From NCBI RefSeq assembly GCF_963921235.1, contig NC_086109.1:19904001-19968000 (forward strand): a stretch of DNA of 64,000 nucleotides. The letters are read 5' to 3'. Below the pieces are notes generated by a model, which was not told the origin of the DNA, searched no databases, and worked only from the letters and a program-made list of their open reading frames with translations. Positions 48,716-59,910 of the stretch are shown here, one piece after another (the stretch's first letter is position 1; every line of letters begins with the position of its first letter). Both the position numbers and the translations under genes were made by a program. The DNA comes from Mobula hypostoma (Eukaryota).

Positions 48716-49236
48716 TGTGGACTCTGACCATTTTATTAAGCATGAAGGTACCTAATAAAGTGGCCACTCAGTGTATGTCTGCGGTCTTCTGCTGCTGTAG
48801 CCCATCCACTTCAAGGTTCAACATATTGTGTATTCAGATATTCTCTACTGCACACCACTGTTGTAACATGTGGTTATATGAGTTACTGTTGCCCTTCGGT
48901 CAGCTTGAACCAGTCTGGCCCTTCTCCTTTGACCTCTCTCATTAACAGGGCGGTTTTGCCCACAGAATGGCTGCTCACTGGATGTTTTTTTTTTGTTTTT
49001 CACACCATTCTCTGTAAACTCTAGAGACTGTTGTGTGTGAAAATCCCAGGTGATGAACAGATTCTGAGATGCTCAAACCACCCCTTCTGGCACCAGTTAT
49101 CATTCCACGGATGATGTCACTTACAACACATTTCTTCCTGGCCCTGATGTTTGGTCTGAACAACAACTGAACCTCTTGATCATTCTTGCATGCTTTTATG
49201 TATGGAGTTGAATTAATAAAGTGGCTACTGAGCATA
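48716..49236 (-). mobile_element. Tc1-like transposon relic
   Basis: RGMITGARRGGLSISE...LGFSHTTVSRVYREW (Tc1 HTH); TIR-like TAATAAAGTGGC(C/T)ACT(C/G)AG at about 48753 and 49214. Confidence 0.85.
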
Positions 49237-49317
49237 TACCCGATACAATGAGCCTATGATGCTATTGCAAGTAAGTTTTTCACAGCGCCTCGAATAATGT
49301 GTACTGTGCATATAACG

Positions 49318-49567
49318 ATAACACAAGGAAATCTGCAGATGCTGGAATTTCAAGCAACACACATAAAAATTGCTGGTGAACGCAGCAGGCCAGACAGCGT
49401 CTATAGGAAGAGGTACAGTCGACGTTTCGGGCCGAGACCCTTTGTCAGGACTAATTGATGAGACCCTTCGTCAGGACGAAGGGTCCCGGCCCGAAACATC
49501 GACTGTTCCTCTTCCCATAGATGCTGCCTGGCCTGCTGCGTTCACCAGCAATTTTTATGTGTGTTGC
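49318..49567. mobile_element. Palindromic Penelope-derived mini-element with TSD
   Basis: Inverted arms of about 93 bp (49354-49446 and 49475-49567); flanking direct repeat TGCATATAACG (49307-49317 and 49565-49575); hammerhead-like motifs in both arms. Confidence 0.85.
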
Positions 49568-50194
49568 ATATAACGGTAGCCCTGACTTTGACCTTGACAA
49601 TGGCTTTATCAGCTGAAATGTCGGGTTGGGAATGAGGTAATGTGGAGATTGTCACTGCAAGGGGTAGAGAGGAAACTAGACAGGCTGCAGCAGGTGGGAG
49701 GAGACTGAGTAATTGTCCCAGCAGCAAATCAGACAAGCTAATGATTAGAAAAAAAAACATTCGTCCCAAGAGCATCTGTACAGATCAAAAAGCCAGTTAA
49801 AAACAGAAAGAAACAATGTGGTCAAATATGCTGTCTACAATGCAAGATTAAAATGTTAACATCACAGAAAGAAATTCCTCACCGATTAGCAGAAGCCGTC
49901 ACTTTCACTGGGCTTGTGTAACTCTACACACTGTAATGTTATGCTATAAATCAAAGGTTAAGATATATCTGGAGTAACAGTATTCAGCTCTGTGTTCTCC
50001 ACCTCAGGAAGTAAATTTCGTTCTGGAGGTGCTGGTAAGTTCACCAAAATCATACTGGCACTAAAAGGGTTAAACTGCAAACATAAGCTTTATAGACTGG
50101 AGTTGTAATCCTTTTATAGAAGATTACTGGCTAATCTAAATAAACTAATTTATCTAGAACATTTAAAGAATTTTATAGTGTAGCGAGAGAGAAA

Positions 50195-50422
50195 ATCACC
50201 TCCCAGCCTCTCACTTCATCATCACTCCTCCACCCACCTTCCCCCTCACCTGGCTTCACCTCTCACCTGCCAGCTTGTGTTCCTTCCCCTCACCCCCACT
50301 TGCTTATTCTGGCTTCTTCCCCCTTCCATTCCACTCCTAATGAAGGGTCTCGGCCTGAAACTTTGACTGTTAACTCCTCTCCATACCTGCTGCCTGATCT
50401 GCTGAGTTCCTCCAGCATTTTG
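50195..50422 (+). mobile_element. Penelope pseudo-LTR fragment
   Basis: Pyrimidine-rich UTR, a mutated hammerhead (CTAATGA...GAAAC) and GCTGCCTGATCTGCTGAGTTCCTCCAGCATTTTGTG. Confidence 0.7.
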
Positions 50423-51829
50423 TGGAGGGGTGCCCTATAAAACACTATTGTCGCAGCACATGTCCAAATGTTAAAGTCATAGCTTCTTACAGCACACACA
50501 CAGAGCCGTTCGGCCCACTAAGTCTGTACTAACCATCGAGCATTGTTCGACACAAATCCAACATGAAGCATACTTTATTTGCTCCACACCACCTCTCAGA
50601 TTGTAGTAGTCACGTGGGAGTTAATTTACAGTGGCAAATTAATTCTTTCAGATGTGGAAGAGAACGTGCACCCAGTGAAAGCCATTACAGTCGCAGGGTG
50701 AAAGTCCAGACAGACCATACGTGGAGGTCAGGAGTGCACTCAGAACTGTGAGCCAGCAGCTCTGCTGACCATGACTCTGTGCTGCCCAGCCTCAGCAGAA
50801 TCCAACATTTATTCCAAGTAATAGTCAATTGTCTGATTTCTGGTTCGAGCTCCATGAATTATGCAGATCTGTGTAATTGTATCTGGCTTCAACTTTAAGT
50901 GACAGTGACATTACGGGAAGCAGCTTTATCCTCCTTTGTGAAGATGAAATCCCCCATGAAATTATAGGACCAACATATCCTTTGTTCATGGCCTCATTCC
51001 ATAAACTTTCCCTTTCATCTGTCTATTTATGATCTTTCTGTTATCTGCTCCAGTCCTACCACTCTCTAAATTCTCTGCATTCCTCTAGTTTTGGCCTTTT
51101 GCAGACGCCTGGTTTTCTTTGTTCCGCTAAAGCAGCTGTACCTTCAGCAGGCTCAGCAATAACCCCTGGAATTCCCTCCCTAAACCTTTCCACCTTGCAC
51201 TCTCTTCCTTTAAGTTGCATTGTAGAACTTACCTCTCTGACCACTCTTTTGGCCCTAATCTCCCTTACTCAGATTTTGATAATGCTCCAGCAAAGTGTAT
51301 AGCTCTGTTAAAGCCACGATGCACATTCCTGTTGGGTCGTCTCGCTCCGGGTTCTGTAGTATGCTATAACACTGCTGCTGAGGCGCTAGGAACAGGAGAC
51401 CTCTGAGCGTTCCCATCTCTGCCCCAGCATTTGATCAGCTCTCGCTCAAACTCATTTTCTTGCTTTTGATCCATTTCCTATTCTCTCACCTCAACCAACT
51501 TCCCGCACCCTTCCTTGGGTGCACAAGTTTTCAGATTTCTAAATGCATTTGATATTGGTAACCAGCAAACCACGGTCTGTCCCAATTTCCCATATCCCCA
51601 TTTCAATTTTAGCCCATCTTGAGGGCTAAAGATGATTCATAAGACAGGAAGGGTTTTGAAGGTGAGGAAGGTGGAGGCAATGAAGAATTCTAAACATGAA
51701 GAAGACCTCTTGGGGAAAGCACTTACCTGGTCAGCAGTGCCCCGCATTACAGGTGAGTGGGATTGGATTAGACAAGAGCACCTTTGGATGGGCTCTCTGC
51801 AATCCCCACTGTGTTGAAATCAAGGCTAA

Positions 51830-52058
51830 TGTGGTAAGCCATATATATGTTGTAACTGGGTTAACTGTCTGGACACGTCCCTCTGCTGACTGCCCCTGTG
51901 GCTTCTCCCACAGACCCCTGAATAAAGGTGATTTCGCCTTGCCCCTCTCCCTCAGTCCAGGGGCAGACACTCAGCATGGAGGTCGTATTGTACAGCGAAT
52001 AAAACCCTTTCAGTATTTTACCCAACCTCAGTCTTTTGGAGTTATTGAAGGTGCTTCA
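51830..52058 (+). mobile_element. Possible short solo LTR
   Basis: TG...CA-bounded segment with two AATAAA motifs and an LTR-like layout; no convincing TSD. Confidence 0.4.
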
Positions 52059-52079
52059 GCTTCTCACACCCACATCTGA

Positions 52080-52705
52080 ACTCAACCTTTCCAGAGTCAT
52101 CTGGTTATCTGTGCCACCAGCCACAACTCCAATCTGCTAATCAAGTTTACAGATGATACTACATTCATTGGCCTTAACTCAAATCTTAACGAGGCAGCCT
52201 ACAAAGAAGAAGTCATCACCCTGACATAGTGGTGTCAAGAAAATAACTTCTCCCTCAATGTCACAAAACAAAGGATCTGGTTGTGGGCTACAGGAGGAAT
52301 GAACACAGGCTAACCCCTATTGCCATCAATGGACCTGGGGTTGAGAGGTCGAACAGCTTTAAGTTCCTTGGTATACACATCACCAAGGACCTCACATGGT
52401 CAGTACATTCCAGCTGTGTGGTGAAAAAAGCACAACAGCACCTCTTTCACCCCAGACGATTGAAGATGTTTGGCATGAATCTCCAAATCCTAAGAACTTT
52501 CTACAGGGGCACAATTGGGAGCATCCTGACTGACTGCATCACTGTCTGATATGGGAACTGTACTTCCCTCAATCGCAGGACTCTGCAGAGAGTGCTGCGG
52601 ACAGCCCAGCGCATCTGTAGATGTGAACTTCCCACTATTCAGGACATTTACAGAGACAGGTACGTAAAAAGGGCCCGAAGAATCATTGGCGACATAAGTG
52701 AAGGC
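52080..52705 (+). mobile_element. Rex1/Babar-type LINE RT fragment
   Basis: LIKFTDDTT.IGL, WCQENN.SLNV, FKFLGIHITKDLTWS and FYRGTIGSILTDCITV motifs, with stop codons. Confidence 0.88.
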
Positions 52706-53259
52706 CCTCATAGAGTCATAGAGTCGTAGAACACTACAGCGTAGAAACAGACTTCTTGTCCCATCTCGTCCATGCCAAACTATTAATCTGTCTTGTCCCA
52801 TCGACCTGCACATGGACCATAGGTCTCCATACCCCTCCCATCCACGTACCTATCCAAGTTTCTCTTAAATGTTGAAATCGAACCTGCATCTACCACATCC
52901 ACTGGCAATTCATTTCCACACTCCCACAACTTTCAGGGCAAAGAAGTTCCCCTTGTGTTCCCCTTAAACATTTTACCTTTCACCCTTAACCCATGACTCC
53001 AGTGCTAGTCTCATCCAACTTCTGGAAAAAGCCTGCTTGCATTTACCCTGTCTATACACCTCATAATTTTGTATACCTATATCAAATCTCCCGTCATTCT
53101 CCTACACTCTAGAAAATAGAGTCCTATTCAACCTTTGTCTATAACTCAGATCCTCAAGTCCCAGAAACATCCTTGTAATTTTTCTCTGCCCTCTTTCAAA
53201 CTTGACATCTTTCCTGTAGACCAGAATTGCAAACAATGGTCCAAATTAGGCCTCATCAA

Positions 53260-53534
53260 CAACAGGAATTCTGCAGATGCTGGAAATTCAAGCAACACAC
53301 ATCAAAGTTGCTGGTGAACGCAGCAGGCCAGGCAGCATCTCTAGGAAGAGGTACAGTCGGCGTTTCAGGCCGAGACCCTTCGTCAGGACTAACTGAAGGA
53401 AGAGTTAGTAATCTCTTACTAACTCTTCCTTCAGTTAGTCCTGACGAAGGGTCTCGGCCTGAAACGTCGACTGTATCTCTTCCTAGAGATGCAGCCTGGC
53501 CTGCTGCGTTCACCAGCAACTTTGATGCGTATTG
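53260..53534. mobile_element. Young palindromic Penelope-derived mini-element, 275 bp, 14-bp TSD
   Basis: 119-bp inverted arms (53293-53411 and 53416-53534) around a TCTC loop; TSD TTAGGCCTCATCAA (53246-53259 and 53535-53548). Confidence 0.92.
53437..53472 (+). ncRNA. Minimal type I hammerhead ribozyme motif, intact
   Basis: AGTC-CTGACGA-AGG(GTCTCGG)CCT-GAAAC-GTC-GACT: stem I AGTC/GACT, CUGANGA and GAAA boxes, GUC cleavage triplet (predicted cut after 53468), loopless palindromic stem III ACGT. Confidence 0.75.
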
Positions 53535-54684
53535 TTAGGCCTCATCAAGTTCAACATAACAACCCAACCTCTGTACTCAATAATTTATGAAAGCCAATGT
53601 GCCAATGGTTCTCATTCTGGCTGTTTTCCAGTAAACCTCAGGAACCTCTCCAAGGTAACTCACCAATCATCAATAGTTTCTTTCCACCTGCGAAAGGGTC
53701 ATCCACCAATGAAAGAAGATTTGGATCCAGTAGCAAAGGAAGCGGAGGTGACAGGGGGAAGACAACCACTAAAGCTGCTGTGAATGAGAATGCTCTCCAT
53801 GAAAGAGTTTCAATGGTTACGTGACTCATCAGAGAGTTCTGTAAAGAGCTAGCAGACACATAATGGGTTGAATGCCTTTGTTCTATGCTGTATCATCCCA
53901 TCATTTTATGATTAATTTGCAGGCCTGGATTTTCATCAGCCTTTCCCAGCTCTTTAAATTTGGTTGGATCCTGTTCTTTCGAAGTCAAGATTGAGGCCTA
54001 AAACTTATTGCTGATAATTGTTTTATTAAGTGTTACAAGAGTGGAAAATCAACAAGAGAGAGCTGAGAGAACGAAGAAGGAAAGCGCGCACGTGGTTGTC
54101 TCATACTCAGGCTAAAGAAAACAAAAAATCCAGTGATAACAATTAACTTATAGGATTAACAGATTCAAGTAGCGTGACACCTGCTTCTGAAAACTAAGAA
54201 GCTTCGACAACAACGAGAAAACAACTGTGCCTTTATTATTGGAAAAATCACTGAATAATTTCATGTATATAAACGATTACACAAAAATACAAGCAAACAT
54301 AGGCTAGTTCAGCTACAAGAAAAATAACAGTTCTGCACCCCAATCCCACAGTGGTTGGTGCTGCCGTGGGTTACTAACTTGGCTTGTGCATGTAATTGGG
54401 ATCTACCATAACCTATCTCACCCTATCGTCTTAGCCCCACATTCCAGCTTAGATGCCTTTTTCATGATACTCTTGCATTTATAAATAAACAACTTCACTG
54501 AAAGTAAGTATAATGGAATGCCTTTCAAAGTTTGAAGTAAATTTTCTAATCAAAGTACAAACGGGGGTCTTTGTACACATATATCAACATATACAACCTT
54601 GCGATTTATTTTCCTGCGGGCATTCTCAGCAAATCTATGGAATAGTAACTGCAATGTTTTGTCCTGTAGTTGTTCAGTTTATTT

Positions 54685-55600
54685 TCACTTTCAATCTTTT
54701 TTTTATTGATTTAAATGAATAAGGATAAATACAAACCAAAGGAGAGGTTATCTCAAATATATATTTCAATAATACAAACGTTGTAGTACAAACAAAGAAA
54801 GGAATACACGCTGTCAAAATCATATATAGTATTAAGCTAATACTGTATAAAAAAAAGAACCACTTCACCTCTTAACAGTTCATAGAAAAAAAGACTCAAA
54901 ATTTCTGTTATTGAGAAAAAAAAAACCCACTAAACTAACCTAAAACAAAAAAAGGGGGACCGGGCAGTCCATTTTGAGGATACAGTTTTAAAAAAAAAGG
55001 AAAAATCCTTCTGGCCAAATCTAAAACTTCGCGGAGGAAGAAAAATTAACTGGAAAAGTAAAAAGAATTAGATCATATGAAAATATTGAATGAAAGGTCG
55101 CCAAGTTTGCTCAAATTTAAAAGATGTATCAAACGTCCGACTCCTAACTTTCTCCAAACCTAAACACGACATAATGGAGGAGAGCCAAAAAAAAACAGTA
55201 GGTGGATTGGGATCCTTCCAGTACAATAGAATAGCTCTCCTAGCCAATAAAGTTGAGAAAGCTATCATGTGTTGAGTGGAAGCAGGAACATTCCTGCTTC
55301 CGTTGGAATAATCCCAAAGATTGCCACATATGAATTAGATTGTAGGACAAACCTATGACTTTTGATAACGTTCTAAGAACATCTCTCCAAAAATTATTTA
55401 ACTTTACCTTATGCAGGAGTAAAACATATGAGTTAAGGTAGCCACCTCAGTGTTGCATCTATCTCAGGTAGGATTTATATTAGAAAAAATATGCGCTAGT
55501 TTATCTTTTGACATATGCGCCCTGTGCACTACCTTGAACTGAATCAAGGAGTGACGGGCACAGATAGATGAATTGTTAACTAAATGAGAAATTTTATGCC
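54685..55600 (-). mobile_element. L1/Tx1-clade LINE 3' end
   Basis: Minus-strand FKVVHRAHMSKDKL...C...ATLTHMF.SC zinc-finger remnant and ARRAILLYWK...LEK...FEQTWRPF; T-rich 3' UTR with AATAAA and an A-tail near 54700. Confidence 0.85.
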
Positions 55601-55964
55601 ATTGATTATCTGAAAGTGACTCTTGGAGAGTTGTTCAGTTTACTGCCTAGAACAATAATCTTCAGCTCCTGGAGACCGCAGCAGTGCCAGCAGCACAGTG
55701 GTATAACTAGTAGAGCTGCTGCCTCAGAGTGCCGGAGGCCCCAGTACAATCCTGATCTCTGGTGCTCAATGTGCTGCGTCCACATGTTCTCCATGTGATC
55801 ACATGGGTTTCCCTCAGCTGCCCTGGTTTCCTCCCAAATTGCAAGGATGTGTAGGTAGGTAGGTTGATCGGTCACTGTAAATTGCCCCTGGTGTTCAGGT
55901 GATTGATAGAAATCAGGAAGGATCTAACGAGAATATAAATTTAGGATTAGTATATTTATGCCTT

Positions 55965-56295
55965 AGGTGGTGGGGGGGAGTTATGTCTCTGCCAAAGGAG
56001 CTGGAAGGTAGTTCTTCCCTCCGCCAGCTTGCAGGTCACCCTTGGGCAAGGTGAAGCACCTGCTTAGTGCCCCCCCCCCAATTAGGGTCATGTGAAGCAT
56101 GCTTGCTGGTGGTGGATGATCGTATGAGAAGCTGGTGCATATCACAAGTCCTGGTTATGTGACCACTGACGCTAGGCAGACAATTTCCGAAGGGTATTAA
56201 TAATGGCTTGAGTCGTCCATCTTGTAAGGACACCGGCTAGAAGAAGGCAGTGGCAAACCACTTCTGTAGAAAAAGTTGCCAAGAACAATCATGAT
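55965..56295 (+). mobile_element. RTE-related SINE
   Basis: Homologous to about 20556-20875; contains GAAGAAGGCAGTGGCAAACCACTTC...TTGCCAAGAAC, reminiscent of RTE/BovB-type termini. Confidence 0.55.
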
Positions 56296-56857
56296 CAAAG
56301 ACTTCTATAGATGTACCGTGGAGAGCATTCTGACAGGCTGCATCACTGTCTGGTATGGGAGGAGGGGCTACTGCAAAGGACCGAAAGAAGCTGCAGAGGG
56401 TTGTAAATTTAATCCGCTCTATCTTGGGTACTAGCCTACAAAGTAGCCAGGACATCTTCAAGGAGCTGTGTCTCAGAAAGGCAGCATCCATTATTCAGGA
56501 CCTCCAGCACCCAGGGCATGCCCTTGTCTCACTGTTACCATCAAGCAGGAGGTACAGAAGCCTGAAGGCACACACTCAGCGATTCAGGAACAGCTTCTTC
56601 CCCTCTGCCATCTGATTCCTAAATTCCTAGATTGAACCCGTGAACACTACCTCACTTTTTTAATATATAATTTTTCCTGTTTTTGCACAATTTTTAATCT
56701 ATTCAATATACGCATACTGTAATTTGATTTACTTATCTACTTATTATTATTATTTTACTTATTTATTTTTCTTCTTCTATATTATGTTTTGCATTGAAGT
56801 GCTGCTGCGTTAACAAATGTCACGACACATACTGGCGATAATAAATCTGATTCTGAT
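56296..56857 (+). mobile_element. Rex1/Babar-type LINE 3' end
   Basis: KDRKKLQRVV...CLRKAASIIQDLQHPGHALVSLLPSSRRYRSLKAHTQRFRNSFFPSAI; CTGATTCTGA tail. Confidence 0.9.
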
Positions 56858-57699
56858 AGCCCATGTCATACAACACGGCACATAATGATGCTGATGATGA
56901 TATTTATATTCTGAGTTTGTGGTTAGAGCAGTATCGACGGGCCGAATTTCTGGGCTGTATATCTTTGCAACTCTAAGTTGGTAACTCTGCTCCAGAGCAA
57001 AAATGGACCTAAAATTGGCGAGCACTTGAGGAAGTGGTGGAGAAGGGAGAGGACAGTTTCATGAGTGGATATGCAACTTCACACCTGTCTGTTTCAGCTG
57101 AATTTCTGGGTGATATTTTGTAACATTGTGCAGCGTCTTTCTAATGAAGCTTAATTAAAGAGCACAAGCCCCTGAGAAGCAGATGCTAAGTTTGGCAGAC
57201 GGAATCTGAAGCAGCCCTTGTAGTGAGGGCACGGCAGCCTCTGGGAGCTGTCTGCTGTCTGTCACCATCCACCACCAGATGGCTGGTATTTTCCAGCAGA
57301 TTAGGGTCTGATTTTGCCATTTGTCTCATTGCTCCAATTTGCTAGAGTAGGTTGTCATTATTTTTCTTTATTTTTCGGAGGAATTTTCCCAAGCACAACT
57401 GTATTATTTTGGACTTATTCGACCTTTGCTGATGTTAATCTATCAGCTCATTTGCCTTGTTTTCCTGATTTGCCTGCCTCCCAAGAGAGACGAACCATCT
57501 GACAATTACACAATCAGCCAGCACTTACTCATTCTTCTCTCTGGAGCCCAAACACTAAGCAGACAGACTCTCGCCGACCTTGACCATCTCCATCAGTCAC
57601 AGACATACACACACTCTCGTAAACACTTACATGCATTCACTCATGAAAGCATACAAACGCCTCAAAGCATGTGAGCAACTTCAAATGCAGATTAAGATT

Positions 57700-58008
57700 A
57701 AGGCATCTGTTAGTCTTGCTAGACCATGGATCTGCGCCTGGAAAGTCTTTACTCTCCAGGCCGCAGGCCTGGGCAAGGTTGTATGGAAGGCTGGCAGTTG
57801 CCCATGCTGCAAGTCTCCCCTCTCCATGACACTGATGTTGTCCAAGGGAAGGGCATTCGGACCCATACCGCTTGGCACCAGTGTCGTCGCAGAGCAATGT
57901 GTGATTAAGTGCCTTGCTCAAGGACACAACACGTTCCCTCAGCTGGGGCTCGAACTCACGACCTTCAAGTCGCTAGTCCAATGCCTTAACCACTTGGCCA
58001 CGTGCCCA
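57700..58008 (-). mobile_element. Full-length tRNA-derived SINE
   Basis: Minus strand GTGGGCACG-TGGCCAAGTGG (A box)...GAGTTCGAGCC (B box), core GTGTTGTGTCCTTGAGCAAGGCACTTAA, 3' hairpin, TTAATC tail repeats. Confidence 0.85.
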
Positions 58009-58232
58009 CACAGAGCAAAGCAAGAAACCACAGAGGGGAGTGGCCTCAGCCCAATACACCATGGGCATATCCCTCCTATTATTCATAGTATCCATTTGCA
58101 CTATTTAGTTAATTCAATATATTGCAATATTCCTGCATAACAGAAATTTCACAACATATGCCAGTGATATTAAACCTGACTCGGATTCTGATTCAGATGA
58201 GGTGGTGCCTCAAGAAAGCAACATCTATCCCG

Positions 58233-58974
58233 AAAGATCCCCACCAACGGAGCCTCCCCATCTCCTCGCATCTACCATCAGGCAGGTTCAAAGATCCCCA
58301 CCACTGGAGCCTCCCCATCTCCTCGCATCTACCATCAGGCAGGTTCAAAGATCCCCACCACTGGAGCCTCCCCATCTCCTCGCATCTACCATCAGGCAGG
58401 TTCAAAGATCCCCACCACCGGAGCCTCCCCATCTCCTCGCATCTACCATCAGGCAGGTTCAAAGATCCCCACCACCGGAGCCTCCCCATCTCCTCGCATC
58501 TACCATCAGGCAGGTTCAAAGATCCCCACCACCGGAGCCTCCCCATCTCCTCGCATCTACCATCAGGCAGGTTCAAAGATCCCCACCACCGGAGCCTCCC
58601 CATCTCCTCGCATCTACCATCAGGCAGGTTCAAAGATCCCCACCACCGGAGCCTCCCCATCTCCTCGCATCTACCATCAGGCAGGTTCAAAGATCCCCAC
58701 CACCGGAGCCTCCCCATCTCCTCACATCTACCATCAGGCAGGTTCAAAAATCCCCACCACCGGAGCCTCCCCATCTCCTCGCATCTACCATCAGGCAGGT
58801 TCAAAAATCCCCACCACCGGAGCCTCCCCATCTCCTCACATCTACCATCAGGCAGGTTCAAAGATCCCCACCACCCGAGCCTCTCCATCTCCCTCACATC
58901 TACCATCAGGCAGGTTCAAAGATCCCCACCACCGGAGCCTCCCCATCTCCTCGCATCTACCATCAGGCAGGTTC
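58233..58974. repeat. 57-bp minisatellite, 13 copies, derived from Rex1/Babar-type coding sequence
   Basis: Unit AAAGATCCCCACCACCGGAGCCTCCCCATCTCCTCGCATCTACCATCAGGCAGGTTC; copy 12 is 58 bp. Translates as (KDPHHRSLPISSHLPSGRF)n directly after CLKKATSI. Confidence 0.96.
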
Positions 58975-59289
58975 AGAAACAGCTACTTGCTTTCAGCCAT
59001 TCATCCCAAATGAAACCAATCCCTTCCGTTCGCACTTGGCCTATCTCATTTCATTCCCTGCCTGTTCGTGTGGCCACCAAAATGCCTTTTAAATATGGCT
59101 ATTGTACCGGCTCCAACCACTTGCCCTGGCAATGCGTTCTGGGGTCACACACAGGTTGTTGGAGGAGCTCAGCAGGTCAGGCAGCGTTGGAGGGGAATAA
59201 ACAGTTGGCCACTTTGGGCCGAGACCCGTCTTCAGGACTGGATGGAAGGTGCAGAAGACAGAGTAAGGAGGTGTGCTCCAGGCACTTAT

Positions 59290-59910
59290 CATTCTCTTTG
59301 TAAAAAGAAAAATTGCTCGTAAATCTCCATTTACACTTTCCCCTCCGACATTGACCCTATCTCCTCCAGTATTCAACATCATCAGCCTGGGAAAATGACT
59401 CTGACTATCTACCCTATCTATTCACTGCAAGATTTTACACTATATACTTCTATCAGTCTCCAGCAATCTACCTCAAAATATCCAAGTTTGTCTAACCTCT
59501 CCTTATAGCTAATACCTTCTGATCCAGGCAACTTTTGGTGAGCCTCTTCTGCACCCTCTTCAATAATTCCACATCTTTCCTGTAATGCGGTGATCAGAAA
59601 TGCATCATGTAGCCAAACCGAAGTTTTCTGGAGCAGCAGCATGAAAACACCAATGCATATAGTGCTCCAACCAACAAAGGCAAGAGAGCCATCTTTCCTT
59701 ATTATTTATCTACCTGTGTTGCTACTTTCTGTGGCCTATAGACTTACAATCAAAGATCCTTCTTAAATCAACGCTCCTAAGGGTCCTTTACTATCTATTT
59801 TCTGCTTACAATTTGACTTCTCAAAGTTCATCACTTTAAACTTATTCAAGTTAAATTCAACCTGCCATTTCTCCATCGAAATTTCCAACTTACCTATAAC
59901 CTGCTCCATC
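59290..59910 (-). mobile_element. Old CR1 fragment
   Basis: ISYKERLDKLG motif and a degenerate KWQVEFN..K.KVM.F region. Confidence 0.7.

Larger units (their letters stand above)
52710..53610 (-). mobile_element. CR1 3' fragment hosting the palindromic insertion
   Basis: CATAGAGT tail repeats at about 52710 and a CR1-like minus-strand coding remnant that continues on both sides of 53260-53534. Confidence 0.75.

Noticed and set aside
53293..53534. pre-miRNA or DNA-transposon MITE
   Set aside because: The arms match Penelope pseudo-LTR sequence, the element is asymmetric with an extra 33 bp on one side, and the long, variable TSDs fit retrotransposition better.
57935..58008. tRNA gene on the minus strand
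   Set aside because: A and B boxes are present, but the sequence runs into a SINE core and tail with a second copy at 1458-1705.
58233..58974. CRISPR-like regular array
   Set aside because: Units are head-to-tail with no unique spacers; eukaryotic context and no cas genes.
58122..59303. Long ORFs of 393, 296 and 237 aa
   Set aside because: They result from a stop-free 57-bp tandem repeat inside a LINE relic; no splice or gene context.
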